DNA of 64,000 nucleotides from Mytilus edulis (Eukaryota), in NCBI RefSeq assembly GCF_963676685.1, contig NC_092351.1, forward strand, positions 29,326,001 through 29,390,000. The letters run 5' to 3'. Positions within the stretch are counted from its first letter, which is position 1; each line of letters opens with the position of its first letter. Of the stretch, positions 51,354 to 64,000 are shown in pieces. The position numbers were made by a program, and so were the translations under genes. The notes below the pieces were generated by a model that made no database searches, was not told the DNA's origin, and saw only the letters and a program-made list of their open reading frames with translations.

Positions 51354-54300
51354 TATATCAGTACTTATTTATTGAAGAAATTAAGATAAATTACCAAAAA
51401 TGGTTTTTGTTTTGTTTTTATAAAACACCTTATACTGCTCCTTCATATAAGACTTTAATTTACTATATATAAGATGATACACCGTTTAATAGATCTCAAA
51501 GACCGAAAGATAGAAAAACAGTTAAACGTTTACCTTAAACATTGTTGCAAATGTTAGTCTGTTTACTGTACATTCTGGGTCCTTAGGGGAATCTAGAACT
51601 ACTTTTGCATTGGTAAGTCAAAATTAAACTAATGTATGTAAACCAAACACATAATGTTCAAACACAGCGGATATTGTAGATATAAGATTTTACTTCATTG
51701 AAAGGATGAAAAAAAAATTAAATTTAAATTAATTAGAAGTTCAGATCTCATAACTTTCATTTTTACAGGTAAAATATTTGTTCTTCCTCTAGCATGGTTG
51801 CAATAAATAATAATCCTTACGCTTTAATTACCCAATAATAGAATATGTAAAGTAACATTTTGTTTTGATGTTTTAGTTCTTATTCTTAGTTAAATATTTA
51901 AATTACGTAGATTAAAAGTTTTAAAACTTTTCAACTTTCGGTAACCATTTTTTTTATTATTTGTGACGAGAATCATTTGTGATTCTGGGAATAAATCATC
52001 ACTTTTTTTGCTGACATTCTGGTATAATAAAAAGAGAAAACATAAAAATGTCTATTTGGTACTTTAATGAAATAGAAAATAGAACTGACACACAATCAAA
52101 TTAAAGAATTTAGGAAATTGGTAGGCGTGTTACAAGAAAAGAAAAGACATATGTATGATATTTAAACAAGGTGTATTCAATGTTTCTCTTTGTCAGATAA
52201 TATGAGACGTGTAATTAAAACAGATATACCACATCTTATTTTTTTTATATTTTTTTTGTTTAACTTGTCAGGTCTTATTGTGTTTTTAATAAAAACAAAA
52301 CATACTTTCACATCAGTTTTCATTGTTCTTTGTTTTGGGGTTTTTGTAATCGAAATGTTCTTCTATCTTGCTTGATGTTAATCTTAGACCCCGTTCACAC
52401 TTGGACATTTAGATCGATTCAAACGAGATCTGCTCACTTTACAGCAGTACCAATATCTTGATTTGTATATTTCAAACTAAATTTACGAGATTGGAACGCC
52501 AGTAAATTGTTTCGGACAATTTATCGGACACTTTTCTGAAAATTATGAAAGATAACCCAATTTCTTTATTATATACCGTCTAGTGTATCTGCACGCATCT
52601 CTAAAATTATCGAACGATAATATGGTTGGTCTTATAAGAGGGAAGTGTGTGGACCAAGTCTAACCTTTCAATTGGTCAACGCGGCAGACCAGGATGTTTG
52701 CTTTATATAGTGTATAAAAATATTTAAAGGTCAATAGCGCCTTTTAAGGTGCAAAATATCAGTTTAGTTTATAGGATATAGTTATAACATTTCACAAAGA
52801 TATTCATAATTTAAACATGCAACTCAAGTGAAGTAATGACTTAGTCCATTTATGTGTTTGCAAGTGTGTGTATTTACACATTAATTTGTTTGAAATTTTT
52901 ATTTATGCACAGTATTTACACATAATAAGGGCAGATCAATTGCATTTTACTTGTAATGTGATACCAATGGTTCAGATTAGACCGATGGAGATTGTTAGTA
53001 TTAATGATAATGTGAACGCAAACTGGTTTAATTTATAGTTCAATTCAAAAAGATCGATTTATAAAAACCTACTGTGAACAGGGTCACCCTTACATGGCGG
53101 AGGTTATGAAATGCACTCAACACTCCTGATAAAGTATTGGGATGAAATAACCATAAATTGATTGTAAAGGGCATTCCATAACTCTTAAAGAGAACTTCGG
53201 GTGAGTTGGAGCGTGAAAAATATCGCAGATATAATGGTTTACTTTTATAAATTGTGACTTGGATGAATAGTTGTCTCATTGACACTCATACCACATCTTC
53301 CTATATCTATAGACTACGCTAATACCACAATAATTTCCTTGTGATAAGTTCCAATGGTCTTTATCATGTAGCACAATTGAAAGTGGGGCTTCTAATCGTT
53401 CACAGTTACAACTTCACTGAGGATGACAACATACCCAAAGTAAAGGTAATTAAATGCACTCAACAATTCTGTTGGGATGATATAAGAATAAAAAGATAAA
53501 ACAAAAAAAAAGTACAACAATGCGCGTTAGCGGCCTTAAACTGAAATAAAGTATAATTCCCAAATTGATACTTACCAGTCAAAACGAATGACCTTAGTAC
53601 GGTACAACGTGACGTGTGTTTCTCAAAGAGTTATCAATTATATACTGAGTGCCAATGAAAACGCAACACTTGGTTTTTCAAATATATTTATATTAGAAAT
53701 GATAATCTTTCAAAATAAATTGTTCTTGAAAATTAACAATTTTAACAATACATCGAATTTATAATAAGATCATAAAATATTTTTGAAGCGTGTCACAGAC
53801 GAAATACCAGCACTCAATATGACACCAAAGGAATAGTCTTTCCAACAGAAAGTATTGGCGTTTGTGATCTATTTATAGGATATGTCATTGTTATACCCTG
53901 CAGGATGCATTGTACAGATCAAAATAATATGTGTGTATAAATACCTGTAATACACCTTATCACTATTCCCGGCTTACCCGGCCGCTTCAATTTTTGACGT
54001 AATACAACAATCACTTTTCTATTGTGGTGTCAGATATTTTGTTTATGACGTCAAAATTTTACGGGAACCTGTGTCATTATCAAGTAATGACGGACAAATA
54101 GCGATAAGGTGTATTGGTGACATATAGAGTGAAAACTGACCGGGATTTTTTTACAAATTTTGGTAAAACAAAAATCTGTCTAGCACTTCTAGAAGTTTTG
54201 ACAATCTCCCAAAAAATGTTGGAAATACATTTTGTGAACTTAATACATAGGGGACATAGGAAAAACATTGGAGAATAAAAATTTATAGGTGTGCATGCCA

Positions 54301-55705
54301 ATCCCAACACGATTCAACGGAAAATCAATTGGTCTCACTCCGTGCCTACTACGGGATGTGAACGTGGTGTCATTATGGCAACCCTTTATTTTGTGACCTC
54401 TTTGATGCTTCTAAATATGGAAGAGAACAAATAATCATTATCAAGTGACAATAAGTGGTGACAGTAACACAGTTGTATAATTGGCTGAACATTCGTTATA
54501 GCATTTTTGTTGTTAAATTGCCGAGAGCGTCAAGGGAATGGGTTTTACAAAGCGTTGCAGTGTAAGGTCAATATTTACCGTATCTGCTACGAAATAAAAT
54601 TTAATTTTGCCGGGCAGACGTGCAATGACGGAAATGAGGACGGCACGTAAATTTTAGAGACGATTTTAACCCCCAAATACCCCACCCTCCCCGCCCACAA
54701 AAAGATCTTGAAATGAAGACATAATAAACTACGCTGCTCATTATCCATATAAAACAATATTCGTGGATTTTATGTGAAAGAAGAAAAATCAAATTTCAAC
54801 TCTATTCATTCAGTAATATAGATACTACCATTTATATGTTGAAAGGCATTGTGTATAATTTCTTTAAGACGATATTTTGATTTCACATGGTGAATTGTGG
54901 TGTACAGGGGTGCACAGTCAAAAGTGATACAACTAATTCAAGAAAAAGATCAGGATTTGAAATGATCCAGAAATTTCGTAGAATCCACATTTGGTTAATA
55001 CCAATACGCGAGTAAACAGTTTCATAGTATTTTTGACAACACTGCGCAGCGGACGGATTTTTTGTCAATCTACTGGACAATTCTTTAGTCGAACATACAG
55101 CTGAGCCGGCATTGTATCGTTGTGTGTACGGATTTTGTGAAGCTTAGGTATCTAAACGTAACTCATCCGATTTGTTGTTCACTGTAATCTATACTATTAA
55201 ACGAGAAGACCTCATTTTGTGTGTCGCTTCTCTTCCTTCCACAATAAATTAATCATCATGCCTCTGTGTTCTTTAGGTAACATGCATAGTCGCATTTGTC
55301 ATCCGCTCTTATTATTATTCAGATTGAGTTATTTTGAGAGAAAAACGACAAAATAGGTGTCCGGATATTGTTTCTGTTATCAGACTGACTTATAGTCATA
55401 GATAAGACTTCCGGTTTTAAACATGCACTGGAACAACCAATCGTATGATAGATTACAAAAATGAAAACTAAATAAGCCAATCAGAGCGTTCTCAATATCA
55501 TTGTTTTTAGATCGCAAGAACCACAACTATTATAATACCTCCTTCGAGACAATTATGTTTTCGCGTTTATCCACCTGTAAACTACGAGTATACTACAATA
55601 ATATACAGGGAATCTCTGTATTCTGACTACTTTTTTCCGAAATATTTACTATCTAAGGGGTCATACCAGTTGCATATATATTGAAATAAGTCAAACATGT
55701 GGAAA

Positions 55706-55968
55706 CAAGAATGTGTCCATAGTATCGGCACTATCATTTACTATGTTTAGTGGACCGTGAAATGGGGTAAAATCTCTAATTTGGCATTAAAATTAGAACG
55801 ATCATATTAATTATAGGGAACATATTTATTAACTTTTCGAGTTGGTTGAACTTCAACTTCATCAAAAACTACCTCGACAAAAACTGTAAAGCCGGACAGA
55901 ACGACGGACGAATGAACGAACGGACGAACAGACTAGAAAACATAATTCCCATAAATGGGGCATACAAA
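55706..55968. mobile_element. Helentron/DINE-like MITE with ACGG/ACGA microsatellite
   Basis: aacaagaatgtgtcc start, gacgg/aacg microsatellite, short terminal hairpin cccataaatggg. Confidence 0.55.
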
Positions 55969-55993
55969 TTTATTGTTGAAAGTGAAAGTATGT

Positions 55994-56418
55994 GGTCCGA
56001 GACCACAATTATTTCGTAGTGTATTTCTTTTAGAACATAAATGAAAATAAAAAAAATCCCACCTGCGCTTTCTCAAAGAAACTTTTACAGTATGTTGTAC
56101 TACTTTTGGGACAAATTATATCAAAATTATAGAAAACTTCATCGTCTCTAACTCAAAATATGGACAATTTTATGTTTAGGGCGTCTTGAAATCTTTTGAC
56201 AGCTTCCGAAGTGCTAATTTTAAACCTTTTTCAGCTGGACCAAATCACTACTTTCCTTTAAAATTCTGACCCAAATTTTTTTACAGTGTAATTTCACCCC
56301 CTGCTTGCAATTTGAGGCATTAAACATGGAGAAATAAATTTGGAAGGGGTATAAAAATTAATGGCAAGTAACCCACTGTCAACACTAGATCAAGGGACGA
56401 CAATGGTGGTCTCGGACC
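55994..56418. mobile_element. MITE with TIRs and 4-bp TSD
   Basis: ggtccgagaccac / gtggtctcggacc, flanked by ATGT on both sides. Confidence 0.85.
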
Positions 56419-56454
56419 ATGTGTTTGGCCAAAATGAAAGTAGGGTAGAGATTA

Positions 56455-56652
56455 GAGGGAGGCAGGACTAATTCGGGACGTCGGGATCGGGTGTTTTTAA
56501 GCTCGGGATTTCGGGATTTATCTTTACGGGATGCGGGAATATTTTTTTAAATTTCGGGATGTCGGGATATGAATTTCGTTAAAATACGCACCTTGGGATT
56601 TCATGTTTTTAAGCCCGGGATTTCGGGATCAGAGCCCCTCAGACCACCCCTC
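56455..56652. mobile_element. Small MITE with GAG...CTC ends and (tt)cgggat subrepeats
   Basis: gagggagg...ccacccctc with several cgggat motifs. TSD unclear. Confidence 0.5.
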
Positions 56653-57162
56653 AAATAAGCCTTAGTCATTTATACGAGATTCAAATCCTACCATTGGCAT
56701 GTTAATAGGGCTCTCAAAAGGAAAAGCACTGATGGATTGTCCTAGAAACACATTTTATTAGAATAATAATGGTCTATAAGCAGTTTTATTTATTTCATGT
56801 TTGAAGCGGTGCAAATTTTTAATTTAATTTGACTTTTACCAAAAAATGCATTGTAGCAAAGGGGAAGAATAATTGTGGTATAAGGCCAGAAACACGAAAA
56901 ATAATTGAATTTAAAAGAAAGGAAACACATAACGGACTTCGGAAAAAAGGGAGAGGGCTTTTGATACCTTTTATATATGAAATTCTCCAGTCATAATATC
57001 TTTTACAAAAATTCATCCTACAACAGTTTACAAGCTGTATATGCCCGCGATTTCGCGGGTGTGTTCTAGTGTTCATTGAAGCCATGAAAGACTTATGATT
57101 CGCCAAAATCTCATCCTTGTAAAATGACATGTTTTTATATGCGGGATTACCTGAGTGCTCAT

Positions 57163-57545
57163 TTATTATAACTACACAACGAAGTTGCGGAGGGTATAAT
57201 GTTTTGCCCCGTCCGTCTGTCTGTCCGTCCGTCAGTCCTGTTCTTTTAATCGCAACTGCTCTGTAACCACACAACAGAATTTCATGAAACCTTTTTAAAT
57301 AATAAGGACATACCTATATGGATGTATAACAACAGGAAATTATGATTCAATTTTGTTTCTAGGAGTTATGCCCCTTTAAACTTATTTGCTTCAATATACT
57401 GCTGCAACAGTTTGTCATCGCAATTCCTCTGAAACCTCACAACAGAATTTCATGAAACCTTTTAGATAATAAGGACATACAACTATGTAGATGTGCATGT
57501 CGACAGGAAATTATGATTCATTTTTTTCTTTGAAATATTCTATTT
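57163..57545. mobile_element. Helentron/DINE-like MITE with GTCC microsatellite and ~170-bp internal tandem repeat
   Basis: cgtccgtctgtctgtccgtcc, then two copies of tcgcaa...acaacagaatttcatgaaacc. Confidence 0.65.
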
Positions 57546-60166
57546 GTCCAGTGACAATAAAGGTTCTTTAATTTCTAATTCTTTAATAAGACACTCTTGA
57601 TAGTACGATTTACATACAAAGACAATGGTATTTGAAGCTTTATCTGCAAGAACAACATCATGCTTATCGTGAAGATATGATACCCAATTTACAGCCTGTT
57701 TGTCTCTGAAAATGGCCTTTTGTCAATCATTCATGCAGCTTTTCAACTTATGAATACGACGTTTTATTAGAGACTTGATTGTTTTGACCGCTTCTGACAA
57801 AGTTTCCAGTTCAACTTCTCTATTAGCCCAAGGTCTGACGTAGTCTTAATGGAATCCATAATTGTTTTAGAAGTTATGGTTCCAATTCATGTGTTGAGGT
57901 TCTTTAAACTTAGGACCATGAAAGATCACGTTTCGGAGATTTTCATGTTGAATTATGTTTAGATCACCAACTTGTGATACCAGTTCTAGGGTGCACGACA
58001 CAAGTCGCTTCCAAACACAACATTTGATACGTTCATTAATTTAGACAAATGTAAATTGTGTATGTGTCTTTCCCAAGTCAACAGCTTATTACAGTACATG
58101 CAATTCAGTGGTTGTCGTTTGTTGTGTAACATATTTGTTTTTCGTTCATTTTTTTACATACATTAATTTGGCCGATAGTTTTCTCGTTTGAATTGTTTTT
58201 CAATGTCACCTATTTTTTTGTTGTTTTTTTCTTTTTTTTTAACAATTGGTTATTTTTCATGGGATGTTAATAAGGACGAATTTATCATATTTGCTACAAG
58301 AAATGAATACCTGGTTTAATATCTTCAATTTTGAAAAAAAAAAAAATATCATAATTAAGCTTAAGCATGGTCCTCAAATCATTAACACATCCCAAAACAA
58401 CAACGCATCCGCTGTACACCAATAATGAACAAAACTAAGAAGTAAGTATAACATTTCCTTAACAAGCATATATTTACACTGAAAGCCTGTAGGTTGCTTT
58501 TCTGTAAATATTGACAATGCAATTTCCCATAGGAACTCCTTTTACGGCTAAAACTGTACCACTTTTACTATGAAGTTTTGAAAAAAATCTTATCCTAGAA
58601 TTGAAAGTTGATATGCACCACAATTTTTTCAAAGGTCAAAATATGGGGCTGTGCGGCATATTTTCAACGTTTATATGCCCTGAACTTCTCAGAGTTTAAA
58701 CTTTCACTAATTTTCTTAATTACCCCTACCTCGAATGAAAGGTTACCACAGATTTCAATGTAAACAATATGCACGTGTTTATTTACTGGTAACATTCCCA
58801 GGTTCTGTCTCTGCGATATGGAACACAGAGAGCATAACTGGGAACCAGTATGTAAACAAAATGAATTTTCTATGAATATTCAATTACTCCCCAAAAGAGG
58901 CGTGATTTGAGAAACAGCTGTATTTACAAAGTGCAACCTATACAGACATTTATTCAAATAGAAAACTCTCTAAAATCAGTTTTTCTCACATTAATACTCA
59001 TTTATCAGAATTAAAGTCTTAAAGAAATCACTGTGTATACTCTAAGTTTTTCTTTACTATACATTTTATTCCCCCTCCCCTGTTTAAATTTTTTAAAGAA
59101 TTTGAAAACAAGACTTTAATTATTGCCAGCATACCCTATTTGCATATTTTCTGATAAAAAATGCCTAGAACCTGTTTAAAACTGTTTTGATAACATATTG
59201 AAAGCATATCAGAATATCATAAATGTAATGTTTAGCAGTCAATCATTACAACATTCAAGATTATATAAAGTATCCAATCCAGCCTCTATCTCCAGTCCAC
59301 ATCTTACTGTATGCCTATTTGTCAATTAAAGAACACATTTTCTGCCTCAAATGGTCAATTTAGAATTCTTGTCACAACAGTATCATCTTTAACCATATAT
59401 CTGACACAATTTAGCTACTGTATATACTAGAAGTGTTCAAACAAAGCCATATTTGCAATAGTTGTATGTATGCAGGTACCAGTCTGAGATATAAATTCAC
59501 TTAAAATGTTGTAGCGATGACTGCTAACATTTGATTTTTGCATAACTTCCAAGCATAGTTATTGTTTTCTATATCAAGAACTTTAAAATCATAAAATCAT
59601 AGCATTTACAAGTTAAATTATTTGTTTTATGACCCAGGGGGTAGGCAATTTTCTATGTTTCTTGCCCCTGGGGCCTCAAATTTCCTAAATAATTCTGCTG
59701 TTTCTAGCAATTTGGAATATTTAGTACATATTCAGGATAGAACACACTATTGTAAGTTTTCTTGAGATATTTTTGTTTTTCTAGCTTGTATTTATTATGC
59801 CGTGGTGACAAAAAAGCAGATTTAAGTGTTGCAGCTTACTTTTGGGTTATCGAAAGGACACAAATACCCCATAAATAATATTCAGAAAGGATCTATGAGT
59901 TTCAATGACTGCGAAGAGTAAATATAAGCACTTCTTTACAATTTAACTTATAAATATGCAAATATTATGATTTAATTTTGTATCCAGGACTTTAAGTAAA
60001 CTATGCATACTGTAAACTGTGAATTTATGCTGAGTCATCATATTTAACTCAAAACATTGACCAACATATCGTATACAGATAATGTAGTATAATATCTATT
60101 TTCAGATATGATAAAGAGACAGACAATTATCATTTTTCATACAAGTCGGTTATTGACGTTTTCATA

Positions 60167-60299
60167 ATGTGTTTGTTCCCGTTTTTCTTTATATTTGGTT
60201 TGGGCTTAAGCAATATAAATGGAGCTGTCCTTGAATCGAAAACCCTACCGGCAGACCAGCCACAACCGGACACGATCGCACAGTTAGAGGCACGATTAG
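60167..60299 (+). CDS. First coding exon of a secreted coiled-coil protein (signal peptide)
   Basis: MCLFPFFFIFGLGLSNINGA signal peptide. Acceptor ttttcag ends at 60105; phase-1 donor G|GTAACG at 60299/60300. Confidence 0.75.
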
Positions 60300-62298
60300 G
60301 TAACGTACATTGTATGAAACACAATATATATCCGTTTAAATCCTTCGTTATTTTTTTTATTTTTTGCTAGTTTCATTTTGTTTAGCTTTGTTTATTTCAA
60401 ATGCAATGCATATTTTCATCAATAGTCGTTTGAAGCTACATTGTAATCGGTTCTCAACTTCCAAATTGATTGAGACCAATGTCCATTTGAATATTTTTAA
60501 GAGGTTTAATTCAAAGTTCATGAAATTTATTTCCTCTGATAATCCACAAAAACTGATGTTTCTAAAGATACAAAAAATAGGGAGAAAGTCAACGAGAAGA
60601 TAACAGTTAACCGACAGTTAAAATGGGTAGTGGTAGTGGATTCCTTTGTGTTCATGGTGTTTATGTAGTAGATTTCAATTGTAGGATTGTGCATTCACTT
60701 CTCAAATATCACAAGGGGACTTCCACCTCAGTATAATATCTTTTGATATACTGATAAACAGTAGAGTAAACACATTGTATAAACATAATAACTTTATCAT
60801 TGCTTAAAAGTAGGTGTAATTGTATTGTCATCGTTATATAAATACCATGTGATACATGTATCAATTATGGTAAAATAAATATTTCTGAAATAAAATATTC
60901 CTTTCATGTACATGTATATTTCGCCAAAAAAGACAGTTTTCTCAACCATTAGCCCTCTATTGAATCAAAGATTGATATATTTGGAATATGCTTGTATCAT
61001 GTGAAAAAGCCGAAATACACCAAGGAGACATAAAAGAAATTATATGTCGTACATGTAGACAAATAAACGATACCCTGGCAAAAAATAAAGACTGAGCAAC
61101 ATAAAAAAACCGGGGTTGAACTCAGGTTATCCGAAAGGATAAGCAGTACCAGTTCCATATTGTGTACCCGTCGTAATGATCATGCAAGTACTGGTTTGGT
61201 GTTAATTCTTATTTGGTTATGGCACAATCGAAAGACAAGAGGATTCATACAACCAATTGGTTCATACATCAATTGGAGCATATCCGTGTTTATTGTGAAT
61301 CAAATCATATCATAAAGGTCAACCATCTCTAGAAAGCGTGCGTAAAACTTTCATATTTTGCAGAACACATATTCATTGTTCTTGATCATCTTCGCTAGCC
61401 AAGGGTTACGATCCACTCTCCTCCTCTCCACCCTTGTCAGATTGAGACAGAATTTCGGATTTACGAGGTAATGATTTTCATTGGTTGCAGTCGTAACAGG
61501 CTGCATTCAATCAAAAAGCGCCTATATTAACATGATCACGTGTAAATGTAGAAAATGTAGGTAAACAACGTGCTGATTGTTCAACAAGTCTTTACCCCCC
61601 AAAACATACGACGATATTTAGAGACAATTTAAATTTCCTTTATCAACTACTAGAAGTTCCTTCATTTACATCCAAGCTCCTTTGTTCTACCAGGGCTCGG
61701 ATCATCCCTACCAGATCACCCAGTTGGAGTTTACTTGTTTAGTTTACTTATTTGGCATGCTTTGTTTTGTTCTGTAACTTTTTGGCGGGAATGTTAAATC
61801 TACAATAAAACTTAGAAATATTTATACGGATTATAGAGTATATGTAATGGGTAAACACCCGACAACAGACTTTGAAAATTTAATTTCGTCATTTCGACAA
61901 TATTTAGTGTTCCGACGACTTTCGAACAATATATTCAATTTGTAGTCAGAATTATCCTACCATTAACAAACAGATACAACACAGCATTATATTTTATATA
62001 AATTAATATAGTACGTTTAAAGTCAAGGGTTATAGGTCATCGTTACGAAGTATGAACAATAACTTTAAAGTTCTTGAACCGTCCTTTGGTGAACAATATA
62101 GTTAAACTAATAAAATCTATAAGTTGTTCTATGGATCTTTACGATACTTTCTGGGTTAAAAATATCCAATTCCACACAGTAAAAATCAACCAAAATAATG
62201 AAGTTCAAATATTAAATTTGAAAGGACATCATGATTGTTTTATCAACTTCATTCACTTACACATGCATTAAGGTAGTCTACACATTTTTGTTTTCCAG

Positions 62299-62721
62299 AT
62301 GTTATGATGTTGGCCATATCGAACCAAAAATACGAAAATGCTGCGCTGAAATTGGATTTAGCGTCTCTGAAGGACGAAAATACTATCTTCAAAGCAAATA
62401 TTACATCGCTTCAGAACGAGAAAATTGTGCTCGAGCAAAATGTTTTAGATTTGATGACAAGAGAAGAACAATTGAATAATTCTTTACAAAGCTATATAAC
62501 CAGCTCAGTACAAAACAATGTTGAATTTCGTAAAAAAATGTCATTAATAGAGTCTGAGGCGACAGTAATGAAACAAGATATGATTTACCTTAACCAAGAA
62601 GCATTACAAGCTAAGCAGGAAGACAAGGACATGGAACAACAACTTTCACACGTAAACAATACAATTGACTATATCGAAAACAAAATGAAAGATGTCTCTG
62701 AAAAATGCACACAATTATCAG
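62299..62721 (+). CDS. Second coding exon, coiled coil (possibly a C1q-domain or fibrinogen-related lectin); gene continues beyond the window
   Basis: Acceptor ttttccag|, phase 1 and in frame with exon 1. Heptad-rich open frame; phase-1 donor G|GTAAGT at 62721/62722. Family is inferred from architecture only. Confidence 0.8.
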
Positions 62722-62989
62722 GTAAGTTTAATTCTGTTTCGTAAGATAAGAGATACGACAGTTTGTAAAATACATCCCTTCTTATATTTGAAATATGAAG
62801 GATGATAAAGGAAACCTATGATATACGTCACTAAGATAGTAATAAGTAACTGTATGTATGTTTTTGTGCTAGAAAATTGCTTACAATTTACTTTGACAAT
62901 ACTATTTCAGATGACTACTCAATTATTGATTTTCGCAATAAATAATAAAAGTTTGGTGACTATGTTGAATTGCACGCATATAAATATAT

Positions 62990-63340
62990 CAAACTTGAGA
63001 TAAAGGAATCTAGTACAACAGATCCAGTTAAGCCTACTTATCTTGACTTGCTCTAGATATTGACAAAGACGGTCGGTTGAGAACAAAAGTTTACGACGAA
63101 AGAGATGATATAAGCTTCCCAATTTAGAACTTTTTATTTCTATGTAGCAGCATTCCAGTAATGTATGCATATGGAGTACACATCTCCCATTTGAAACCAT
63201 ATTCCTGAGCAAGCACTTTCTTTGGTAGAGAGTTGTTGCTTACAAGGAATGTTTTAAACCAAGACGTGAAGTTGAAATACTCGCTTAAAAAATGTATGGC
63301 CGTCATCACGATTTAGTTGACCGTTATAAGATATCTGTTT
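62990..63340 (+). mobile_element. Penelope-like RT C-terminal remnant (intronic)
   Basis: YLDL..DIDKDGRLRTKVYDERDD..FPI..AYGVHISH pattern with stops. Confidence 0.7.
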
Positions 63341-64000
63341 TACACGTGATAATTGATATGTTTTAACTGTCTAAACTTCTATCCGTCGGTCCGTCCTCTT
63401 TACCCAACATATGACATTCTGAATGATTTCAGATCATGTGATATTTCTTTGAATACCTAATGATGGCTCAGACTTACAATTTTGTTTGTGGATAATTAAC
63501 GAAAAATAAAATAAAGATGAGATTGTGAAACCAACACCAACACCAACATTCTATTAAACGTTCGTCCAAACAATTGATTGTCTGTCAGAATAAAATTCAT
63601 TTTGGTTCAGATGACTGTCCTTTGTCGATGAATATATAGAAACAATTCATGTTTGATATTATTACTATTTTGAAATTTCCCTCAACAACAATATGTAGCT
63701 TTTAGTCGGTTTTGTATAAAAGTAAAAACGAACTATCCACCCGAGACAAAATGACGTGGATATAAAAAAAAAACATAAAGTAGGTCACCATACGACTTTC
63801 TTCAATGAGAAACTCTATACCCTGTAACGTATAGATATCAAGCGATGAAAGGGCACAGAAAGACGTAGTGTGAAACAATTTAAATGAGTAAATCAACGGC
63901 CTGATAACCTAAAAAAAATAACTAAATTATAGCAAGTTGTGATTTATAATAGCTTAGGAAATATAGTTTATATATTGACTTTTATCTAGGAGAAATAGTG

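Larger units (their letters stand above)
55188..57069 (+). mobile_element. Non-autonomous Helitron
   Basis: 5' TC(tatactattaaa), 3' hairpin cccgcga-tt-tcgcggg then CTAG. Inserted between A55187 and T57070 with no TSD; removal restores ASMNITVN. Confidence 0.9.
54800..58010 (-). mobile_element. Decayed Penelope-like element (RT region) interrupted by nested insertions
   Basis: Fragments GNPAYKNMSFYKDEILANHKSFMASMNITVN, PKLHK, AGSAVCSTKELSS and YSRIGINQMWILRN. Confidence 0.75.

Noticed and set aside
52386-53020. PIF/Harbinger-like MITE starting gaccccgttcacact
   Set aside because: No matching right TIR or TSD could be established.

Overview
AT-rich, repeat-dense eukaryotic DNA. The repeat families and the ~370-nt hammerhead units suggest a bivalve mollusc, probably Mytilus (inference). 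The centrepiece is a ~9.1-kb tyrosine-recombinase (YR) retrotransposon of Ngaro-like gene content at 12030-21151 (+): gag with CCCH/CCHC fingers, RT-RNase H, YR and SGNH hydrolase. It sits precisely at a TAA inside a decayed DDD-type transposase gene. Three things stand out. (1) A single phase-1 splice donor in gag is in frame with phase-1 acceptors in front of RT-RH, YR and SGNH. (2) No terminal direct or inverted repeats are visible, but there is a palindromic circle junction and an internal TATA/Inr promoter. (3) The 3' non-coding region folds into a nested multi-stem RNA. The element carries a KolobokP-like composite DNA transposon and a foldback element. The window also holds a decayed RTE LINE, CR1/L2 and Penelope remnants, tandem hammerhead-ribozyme (retrozyme) units, a Helitron with nested MITEs, methyltransferase pseudogene fragments, and the first two coding exons of a secreted coiled-coil protein gene that runs off the right edge. 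All calls were made by eye; no database searches were run.
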